32,000 nucleotides of DNA from an uncultured Candidatus Neoarthromitus sp. (GTDB lineage: Bacteria > Bacillota > Clostridia > Clostridiales > Clostridiaceae), in assembly GCA_937890765.1 (NCBI GenBank), contig CALADQ010000003.1, positions 68,461-100,460 of the forward strand, given 5' to 3'. Made by a program: the position numbers and the translations under genes. A model generated the notes under the pieces. That model saw only the letters and a program-made list of their open reading frames with translations, did no database searches and was not told the origin of the DNA. Shown in pieces: positions 22,904-32,000 of the stretch. Numbering within the stretch: position 1 is the stretch's first letter; each line of letters opens with the position of its first letter.

Positions 22904-23752
22904 TTAAGCCTCCGTTAAAAATTTTTTGAACAACTCATAAAGCTCATTAACATCTTCCTCTTTAATGGTTTTGTTTCTCCAAATTTCTTGAGATTTTATT
23001 CCTTGATAAAAAAGCATATCACTTCCATCTATTATTTTAACATTTTCATTTTGAAATTCACACAAAAAAGGAGTCATGCCATCTTTATCATAATTTAAAT
23101 CATAAACAAAATCCGAAATACTCAAATCGCTAAAATTAAATTCACTAAAGCTACTTAAATAAGAACTCGTTGCATTTATAATTCCAAAATAATCTCCCTT
23201 AATTTTATCAAAAGGAACAATGTCAAGCTCATATCCATCGCAAACGCTAGAAGCAAATTGTTTAAGAGTCATTAATTTTTCAAAATCCCTCGCACCAACA
23301 ACAACCTTTGCATTTAAAGAACACAAAGTATTCACAACAACTTTTGAAACAGCTCCACTTCCCAAAACCAAAATACTTTTTCCCTCAATCTCATTTTTAA
23401 AATCACCAAGGCCTTTTAAAAATCCATAACCATCCGTATTAAATCCATAGCTTTTTCCACCAATAACTTTTACAGTGTTTACACTTCCAACTTTTTTTGC
23501 AAAATCATCTAACTCATCCAAATATTTTATAATGTTACTCTTATGAGGAGAGGTAACATTAAATCCTCTAAAATTACTCTTAAGCAAACTAAAATTATAA
23601 ACAAGACCGTCTGAAGTAATTTTAAGCTTTGAGTATATTTTGTTTTTATCTCCGAAATAATCGAAAATAATTTTATGTAAAAAAGGAGAAATACTATGCT
23701 GTATCGGATCACCTATAACAGCGTATTGCTCAAAATCAATCATAAAACTCAT
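22904..23752 (-). CDS. aroE: shikimate 5-dehydrogenase
   Basis: 282 aa with VIGDPIQHSISP, FNVTSPHK, NTD and the Rossmann motif LGSGAVSK. Confidence 0.88.
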   Translation of the reverse strand: MSFMIDFEQYAVIGDPIQHSISPFLHKIIFDYFGDKNKIYSKLKITSDGLVYNFSLLKSNFRGFNVTSPHKSNIIKYLDELDDFAKKVGSVNTVKVIGGKSYGFNTDGYGFLKGLGDFKNEIEGKSILVLGSGAVSKVVVNTLCSLNAKVVVGARDFEKLMTLKQFASSVCDGYELDIVPFDKIKGDYFGIINATSSYLSSFSEFNFSDLSISDFVYDLNYDKDGMTPFLCEFQNENVKIIDGSDMLFYQGIKSQEIWRNKTIKEEDVNELYELFKKFLTEA

Positions 23753-24011
23753 TACAATCTCCTTAAAAGCACTATTATACTTTTATTAAATGCAAACTAT
23801 TTTTCTTAAACATCTTTAAAAAAATAATATCACAAATAAAACTTAAAATAAATAACATTTAAATTTCAATTATTTTTTATAATACTCATAAAAAGTATAA
23901 CTTTTTTAAATGTTTTTTATTCAAAAAGCCAATCGATATATAAGATAAACCTTATATTATTTTTATAAAAATATATTTCCTTCAAAACAAACCTTTATCC
24001 TTTTAAATTTT

Positions 24012-24045
24012 AAAAACAAAAAAATACGGAGAAAATTTTTCTCCG
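24012..24045 (-). terminator. rho-independent terminator after eno
   Basis: CGGAGAAAA-T-TTTTCTCCG (24027-24045). On the minus strand it is followed by TATTTTTTTGTTTTT. Confidence 0.8.
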
Positions 24046-24061
24046 CATAAAACATAAATAT

Positions 24062-25384
<1,323 letters not shown>

Positions 25385-25393
25385 CTATAGTTA

Positions 25394-26929
25394 TTATTTA
25401 GTATTGTAAACTAAATTATCCCCACTAATTTCCTTTGGTATCTCCATACCCATAACAGTCAAAATAGTAGGAGCTATATCTGCAAGTTTACCTTCTTCTC
25501 TTAATTTAATTCCATCACATTTTCCACTTACATAAATAAATGGAACCTTATTACAAGTATGTGAAGTAACAGGACCTCCCTTTTCATCTACCATACTTTC
25601 TACATTACCGTGATCTGCTGTTATAAACATAATATCTCCATGCTCTAGAACTTTTTTCTCAATTTTCCCTATAGCAAAATCCACTGCCTCAACAGCTTTA
25701 ACTGCCGCATCAAAATCTCCAGTATGACCAACCATATCAGAATTCGCAATGTTACAAACTATAACATCATACTTTCTACTTTCTATTTGCTCTATTAAAT
25801 TATCTGTAAGTTCAGGTAAACTCATCTCAGGTTTCAAATCATAAGTCTTAACATTCGGTGAAGGAATTAAAATTCTATCCTCTCCTTCATATGAAGTTTC
25901 AACACCACCACTGAAGAAGAAAGTAACATGAGCATATTTTTCAGTTTCCGCAATTCTAAGTTGAGTTTTACCATTTTTGCTTAAATACTCACCTAAAGTA
26001 TTAGGATAATTTTCTGGTTTAAACGCAACTAAAACTCCCTTTAAATTTTTATCAAAAACAGTCATACAAACAAAAGTTAAATTTATATCTTCCGTTTTAA
26101 AATGCTCGAAATTTTTATCAATTATAGCGTAAGTAAGTTGTCTAGCTCTATCTGGCCTAAAATTACAAAATATACAAGAATCCCCTGATTTTAAATTACT
26201 ATCTTTTTTAATTATAGTCGGTAAAATAAATTCATCTGTAATTCCATTATTATAATAATTTTTTATAACTTCAACAGGATCTTCTCCTATTTTTTCTTCT
26301 CCTATTCCCTTTACAATTGCATTATAACAAGATTCAACTCTATCCCATCTCTTATCTCTATCCATTGAATAATATCTTCCAGATATAGTTGAAACTTCAC
26401 CGTAAGAAATTTCCTTCATGTAACTTAAAAGTTCTTCCATATAACCTGCACCAGAAGTTGGAGAAACATCTCTTCCATCCATAAAACAATGAACTAAAGT
26501 TGTACCAACTCCTCTATCTTTAGCAAGCTTAATAACAGCTTTTAGATGATTAATATGCGAATGAACGCCTCCATCAGAAACCAATCCCATAACGTGTAAA
26601 TTAGATTTGTTTTTTAAACAATTGTCAATGGCAGCATTTAAGGACTCATTATTAAAAAAATTGCCGTCTTCAATTTCTTTAGTTATTCTCGTTAACTCTT
26701 GATAAATAATTCTACCAGCACCAATGTTTAAATGTCCAACTTCTGAATTTCCCATTTGCCCTTCAGGTAAACCAACTTTTAAACCACTAGCATATAAACT
26801 CGTATTAGGATATGATTTTAAAATCCTATCAATATTAACCGTGTTTGCCTTACAAACCGCATTTCCTTCCTTTTTATCTGATATGCCATATCCATCTAAT
26901 ATTACTAAAACGCAGGAATTTTTTGACAT
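25394..26929 (-). CDS. gpmI: 2,3-bisphosphoglycerate-independent phosphoglycerate mutase
   Basis: 511 aa with ILDGYG, GNSEVGHLNIGAGR, DGGVHSH and ITADHGN. Confidence 0.95.
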   Translation of the reverse strand: MSKNSCVLVILDGYGISDKKEGNAVCKANTVNIDRILKSYPNTSLYASGLKVGLPEGQMGNSEVGHLNIGAGRIIYQELTRITKEIEDGNFFNNESLNAAIDNCLKNKSNLHVMGLVSDGGVHSHINHLKAVIKLAKDRGVGTTLVHCFMDGRDVSPTSGAGYMEELLSYMKEISYGEVSTISGRYYSMDRDKRWDRVESCYNAIVKGIGEEKIGEDPVEVIKNYYNNGITDEFILPTIIKKDSNLKSGDSCIFCNFRPDRARQLTYAIIDKNFEHFKTEDINLTFVCMTVFDKNLKGVLVAFKPENYPNTLGEYLSKNGKTQLRIAETEKYAHVTFFFSGGVETSYEGEDRILIPSPNVKTYDLKPEMSLPELTDNLIEQIESRKYDVIVCNIANSDMVGHTGDFDAAVKAVEAVDFAIGKIEKKVLEHGDIMFITADHGNVESMVDEKGGPVTSHTCNKVPFIYVSGKCDGIKLREEGKLADIAPTILTVMGMEIPKEISGDNLVYNTK

Positions 26930-26940
26930 GATACCTCCTC

Positions 26941-27687
26941 CTAAAACTTAACAATCATTTCAAAATCATTTTCAACAAGGCTCGCTCCACCAACTAAAGC
27001 TCCATCTATATTTTTCATAGACATTTGTTCCTTTATAGTAGTTGGTTTAACAGAACCTCCATATAATATTACAACATTTTCGCTTACTTTTTCATCATAA
27101 ATATCTTTAAGTACACTTCTAATAAATCCTATTGTGTCATCTGCCTCTTGACTTGTAGCAGTTTTTCCTGTTCCAATTGCCCATATTGGCTCATAAGCTA
27201 TAACAACTTTTTCACATTCTTCTTTTGAAACATTTTTAAAATCTTTCTCCAATTGACCTCTTAAAACATTTTCCATGTTTCCAGATTCTCTTTCTTCTAA
27301 AGTTTCACCAACGCACAAAATAGGAGTAAACCCATATTTCAAACAAGTAAAAATTTTCTTGTTAATGTCCTCATCTTTTTCGCAAAAGTAAGTTCTTCTT
27401 TCACTATGTCCAAGTATTACATAACTAACTTCCAAATCTTTAAGCATCTCAGGAGAAATTTCTCCAGTGAAAGCTCCCTTTTCTTCAAAATATATATTTT
27501 GAGCTCCCAATTTTACATTTGAACCTTTTAAAATTTCTCTCGCAGCCTCAAGAGATGTAAAAGGAGGACAAACTACAACCTCGCATTTTGCATCTCTTAA
27601 TTTAGGAAGCAACGAACTTAAAAATTTTCTCGTCTCACTAGCTGAAAAATTCATTTTCCAATTACCAGCTATGATATTTTTTCTCAT
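26941..27687 (-). CDS. tpiA: triosephosphate isomerase
   Basis: The sequence contains AGNWKMN, GHSERR, AYEPIWAIGTGKTA and GGASL. The track's TTG start at 27696 adds 3 residues. The ATG at 27687 gives MRKNIIAGNWKMN, matching the usual Firmicute N-terminus. Confidence 0.93.
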   Translation of the reverse strand: MRKNIIAGNWKMNFSASETRKFLSSLLPKLRDAKCEVVVCPPFTSLEAAREILKGSNVKLGAQNIYFEEKGAFTGEISPEMLKDLEVSYVILGHSERRTYFCEKDEDINKKIFTCLKYGFTPILCVGETLEERESGNMENVLRGQLEKDFKNVSKEECEKVVIAYEPIWAIGTGKTATSQEADDTIGFIRSVLKDIYDEKVSENVVILYGGSVKPTTIKEQMSMKNIDGALVGGASLVENDFEMIVKF

Positions 27688-27708
27688 AAAAATCAAAACT
27701 CCTAAAAT

Positions 27709-28902
27709 TTATTTATCATTTAAAGCAACTATACCTGGCAATTCCTTTCCCTCTAAAAACTCAAGAGAAGCTCCACCACCAGTTGATATATGACTCATTT
27801 TGTCCCCAAAACCTAAAATGTTAACAGCTGCCGCAGAATCTCCACCACCTATTATTGTAGTTGCATTAGATTCAGCCATAGCCTTAGCAACTCCTATGGT
27901 GCCTTTGTTAAAATTAGAAAACTCAAAAACTCCCATAGGGCCATTCCAAATTATTGTTTTGGCATCTTTTAAAACCTCTGAAAATAATTTACAAGTTTTA
28001 GGCCCAATATCTAATCCCATAAAATCATCTGGAATATTTTGATCATCAGTCATTTTTCTAACTGCATCATTATCAAATTTATCTGCAATAACATAGTCAA
28101 GTGGTAAAAGAAATTTTACCCCTTTGCTTTTAGCTTTTTCAATCATTTCTATAGCGTAAGAAATTTTATCTTCCTCTAGAAGACTCGTTCCAATTGTGTA
28201 TCCCAAAGCTTTCGAAAAAGTGTAAGACATTCCTCCACCTATTATTAAAGTATCAACTTTGTCCAAAAGATTATTTATAACATTTATTTTGTCAGATACT
28301 TTCGCCCCTCCAAGAATTGCTACAAAAGGTCTATTTGGATTTGAAACAGCTTCACCTAAAAATTTAAGTTCGTTTTGAATTAAAAATCCACAAACGCATT
28401 TATCAACAAATTTAGTAACTCCAACAGTCGAACAATGAGCTCTATGTGCAGTTCCAAAAGCATCGTTAACAAAAACATCGCATATGGAAGCTAAATCTTT
28501 TGAAAACGAATCTTCACACTTTCCTTCTTCAGGTCTGAATCTGGTATTTTCAAGAAGAATTATCTCTCCTTCTTTCATTTTGCTTACTTCATTTCTAACA
28601 TTATCATCAACAACTAAATCACTTTGAACAAACTTAACATCCATATTAAGCAATTGGCTTAGCCTATCTCCAACAATTTTCAAACTCTTAGAAGAATCTG
28701 GCCCTTTTACTTTTCCTAGATGAGAGCAAAGAATAACTTTACCATTATTTTCAACAACGTATTTTATAGTATCAAGAGCACCAATTAATCTATTTTCATC
28801 TGTTATTTTTCCATCTATAATAGGAACGTTAAAATCGCATCTTATTAAAACTCTCTTACCTTTTAATTGAACATCTTCTACACTTTTTTTATTTAAAGCC
28901 AT
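27709..28902 (-). CDS. pgk: phosphoglycerate kinase
   Basis: The sequence contains [20 protein letters not shown] and GGGDSAAA. The track start at 28935 adds 11 hydrophobic residues and overlaps an intercistronic hairpin. The ATG at 28902 ([11 protein letters not shown]...) has AGGGAG 7 nt upstream. Confidence 0.93.
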   Translation of the reverse strand: MALNKKSVEDVQLKGKRVLIRCDFNVPIIDGKITDENRLIGALDTIKYVVENNGKVILCSHLGKVKGPDSSKSLKIVGDRLSQLLNMDVKFVQSDLVVDDNVRNEVSKMKEGEIILLENTRFRPEEGKCEDSFSKDLASICDVFVNDAFGTAHRAHCSTVGVTKFVDKCVCGFLIQNELKFLGEAVSNPNRPFVAILGGAKVSDKINVINNLLDKVDTLIIGGGMSYTFSKALGYTIGTSLLEEDKISYAIEMIEKAKSKGVKFLLPLDYVIADKFDNDAVRKMTDDQNIPDDFMGLDIGPKTCKLFSEVLKDAKTIIWNGPMGVFEFSNFNKGTIGVAKAMAESNATTIIGGGDSAAAVNILGFGDKMSHISTGGGASLEFLEGKELPGIVALNDK

Positions 28903-28934
28903 AAAAACACTCCCTAAAACTGTAATATCAATCA

Positions 28935-28968
28935 AAGGCTGATCTTAAAATTACTCAAAATCAGCCTT
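28935..28968 (-). promoter_or_regulatory. intercistronic stem-loop between gap and pgk (possible mRNA stabiliser or partial terminator)
   Basis: AAGGCTGA (28935-28942) and TCAGCCTT (28961-28968) form an 8-bp G/C-containing stem with an 18-nt loop. It lies in the 75-nt gap-pgk spacer and has no strong T-run after it. Confidence 0.4.
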
Positions 28969-28977
28969 AAATAAATT

Positions 28978-30012
<1,035 letters not shown>

Positions 30013-30220
30013 TCAAAATATAAAAATATTTTTAACTAATTCGTTAAAAATATTCTTAGCTATTTAATTTATTAGAATAGTTATAAAACTAAACTAAAAA
30101 TCCGAAATCATAAATTAATTTTAAAATCAAAGAATAATTTTCCAAACATTTAACCACATGTACATTATAAAACATAATTTAAATTTTTCAAATAAATATT
30201 TTTAATACTTCAAGTTAACT

Positions 30221-30258
30221 AAAAAAACAAAAGAGTTTTCAAATTTTCATTTGAAAAC
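30221..30258 (-). terminator. rho-independent terminator after the lipoprotein gene
   Basis: GTTTTCAAAT (30235-30244), loop TTTC, ATTTGAAAAC (30249-30258). On the minus strand it is followed by TCTTTTGTTTTTTT. Confidence 0.7.
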
Positions 30259-30287
30259 CCTTTAATAAAACTCAATGATTAAAAATT

Positions 30288-31229
30288 TTAATGCTTAATT
30301 CCTTTTAATTCATCTAAAGTCGTTGGAAAATTTATTTTTCCATCAACCATTTCCGTTAAAACACTTTCACAAATATCTCTTACCTCTTGAGGAAGTTTAT
30401 CTAAATTTATACTCACATTTTTATTTAAAATGTCAACCAAATAATTGCTTTCTTTATTGTTTCCATTTAAAACATCTTTAAATATATTTTTGTAATCGTA
30501 AGAAACTCCGCCTAACAAATTATTTCCCCATTCACTCAAAGTAAATAATTCTTTGTTAAGCTCACTTGATAAACTTAAAATTTTCTCGCTTAAATCATCG
30601 CTTATGTAAAATATAGTATCAGAATTATTATTTCTCACAAAATCATCTAACGTACTCTCCATTTTGTCTTTTTCGATTGAAGATAAATCCAAAACATTTC
30701 TGTTGTTATAAAGAGAATCGAAAGCTCTTAAATTAACTTTCTTCACTCCCGCCATAAAACTTAAAGCATTTTCATATGAATCTTTTAGCTCGTTTGAATA
30801 AATCAACATAACACTATTTGTTCTCGTCATCATACCACTAATAACTCCAAACAAATAACTAATATGTCGTTGGTCAACATTTAAATTAATTTCATCATCA
30901 TTATCTCCACCTAAAATAACCAAATTAAAATCCTTAAACTCCTCGTTATCTATAGCATCTGAAAACAATTCTGAAACTACAAAAGTTTTCTTTCTTCTTT
31001 TGGACTTAGAAACATTTTCAAAGTATTTTAAAAATTCTTCTTTCGTATTTACAATTACATTTTCTAAATTAATTTCAGAGTCATCGCTTTTAACACTATC
31101 TTCAAATGTGCTTTCTTTAATTGTAGCAAATTTTTCATTTCTCACAAAAACAACTTCCTGTTTCGCACCACTACAAGAACTCATGCTAAAAACTAATAAA
31201 ATGAACATAACTGCGTATAATTTTTTCAT
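30288..31229 (-). CDS. putative lipoprotein, weakly BMP/PnrA-like (diverged substrate-binding-protein-like)
   Basis: 313 aa. Signal peptide MKKLYAVMFILLVFSMSS|C with a lipobox-like Cys. The internal stretch NLNVDQRHISYLFGVISGMMTRTNSVMLIYS resembles the BMP-family core (NV.s..F...EgSYLaGv.Aa..TkT.kvGfvGG). It lies immediately downstream of a BMP-type ABC permease. The assignment is tentative. Confidence 0.4.
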   Translation of the reverse strand: MKKLYAVMFILLVFSMSSCSGAKQEVVFVRNEKFATIKESTFEDSVKSDDSEINLENVIVNTKEEFLKYFENVSKSKRRKKTFVVSELFSDAIDNEEFKDFNLVILGGDNDDEINLNVDQRHISYLFGVISGMMTRTNSVMLIYSNELKDSYENALSFMAGVKKVNLRAFDSLYNNRNVLDLSSIEKDKMESTLDDFVRNNNSDTIFYISDDLSEKILSLSSELNKELFTLSEWGNNLLGGVSYDYKNIFKDVLNGNNKESNYLVDILNKNVSINLDKLPQEVRDICESVLTEMVDGKINFPTTLDELKGIKH

Positions 31230-31256
31230 TACAAAACCTTCCCTTATACAAAATTA

Positions 31257-32000
31257 TCATCTCTTACTTTTATCATAAAATTCTCCTAAAGACAACGGTG
31301 AATTACTTTTTCTAACAAAGAACGCTATCGCCACCATAGTTAACACATAAGGTATCATAAAATAAATTTCAATTGGTATATTAAATCCAAACTTCTGAGA
31401 AACAATTTCAAATGTTTGAGATAGAGAAAAAATTAAACAAGCAACAAAAGTTGTTTGAGGTTTCCAATTTCCAAAAATCATAGCCGCAAGAGCTATATAA
31501 CCTCTTCCACTGACCATTCCAACTCTAAATAAATTCACATTCGCAATTGATAAAGAAGCCCCGCCAATTCCAGCTAAAACTCCTGACAACAAAACGCAAA
31601 GAAATCTAATTTTATAAACATTTATTCCTAAAGTATCAGCAGCCTTTGGATGTTCTCCCACAGCTCTTATTCTGTACCCAATATTTGTTTTATACAAAAC
31701 AAACCATGAAACTACAACAAGAAGCACAGCTCCAATTACAAACCAATTAAGTTCCGATAAAAATTTTCCTATCACAGGTATCTTAGAAAATAATTCAGTA
31801 GGATAAGGAACAACATTAACTATAGCTGTTTGTCCTTGAGTTCCAAAAAGTTTTTGAATTAAATAACTCGTAATAGATGCAGAAAATAAATTTATTCCTA
31901 TACCTGATATTACTTGATTAGCTCTTAAAAATATACTTAATATTCCATGTATAACAGCTGTTAAGCCCGCAAATACAATTGCACAAAGTATTCCAAATAA
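31257..32000 (-). CDS. ABC transporter permease (BMP/nucleoside-type, YufQ/NupQ-like), 5' end cut by window edge
   Basis: The track starts it at an internal GTG (31775). The frame actually stays open to position 32000. My translation is LFGILCAIVFAGLTAVIHGILSIFLRANQVISGIGINLFSASITSYLIQKLFGTQGQTAIVNVVPYPTELFSKIPVIGKFLS..., typical of this permease family. Confidence 0.75.
   Translation of the reverse strand, partial: LFGILCAIVFAGLTAVIHGILSIFLRANQVISGIGINLFSASITSYLIQKLFGTQGQTAIVNVVPYPTELFSKIPVIGKFLSELNWFVIGAVLLVVVSWFVLYKTNIGYRIRAVGEHPKAADTLGINVYKIRFLCVLLSGVLAGIGGASLSIANVNLFRVGMVSGRGYIALAAMIFGNWKPQTTFVACLIFSLSQTFEIVSQKFGFNIPIEIYFMIPYVLTMVAIAFFVRKSNSPLSLGEFYDKSKR

Noticed and set aside
23753-24011. 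T-box or other riboswitch leader in the ~260-nt region upstream of the aro cluster
   Set aside because: Aromatic amino-acid genes in Firmicutes are often T-box controlled. This leader is almost pure A/T. It has no T-box consensus (AAUUAGGGUGGUACCGCG-like), no G/C-rich stems and no terminator/antiterminator pair that I could find.

Overview
Very AT-rich chromosomal segment with low-GC Gram-positive features (Firmicutes, Clostridia/Tissierellia-like): GGAGG-type RBSs, a PTS operon and Bacillus-like synteny. I cannot name the species. I support 25 protein genes, two of them cut by the window edges, plus one tmRNA. All but nadE and a 145-aa orphan lie on the minus strand. Left to right: ung (partial), nadE, the orphan 145-aa Cys-containing protein, an orphan ArsR-family regulator, a MATE exporter, a mannitol PTS operon (mtlA[EIICBA]-mtlR-mtlD), a DUF4097-like membrane protein, a GNAT acetyltransferase, and a roughly 2000-aa secreted multi-domain protein. 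Then come ssrA (tmRNA), smpB, rnr, secG, an aro cluster (aroE, aroQ, chorismate-mutase::shikimate-kinase fusion), the glycolytic operon gap-pgk-tpiA-gpmI-eno, a diverged BMP-like lipoprotein and an ABC permease (partial). Most of this is ordinary housekeeping content. I see no CRISPR array, IS element, transposase, integrase, phage genes or recognisable defence system. The only real candidate for something undescribed is the giant surface protein directly 3' of ssrA. It has a signal peptide, at least 11 interleaved Fn3-like modules and a C-terminal tandem DUF4214, but no classical Gram-positive anchor. Lesser leads are the 145-aa orphan, paired TGAA-N6-TTCA palindromes flanking the ArsR gene, a perfect palindrome upstream of mtlA, and the chorismate mutase-shikimate kinase fusion. 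Several start codons in the longest-ORF track look over-extended (giant gene, pgk, tpiA). All homology statements come from motif recognition by eye; no searches were run.
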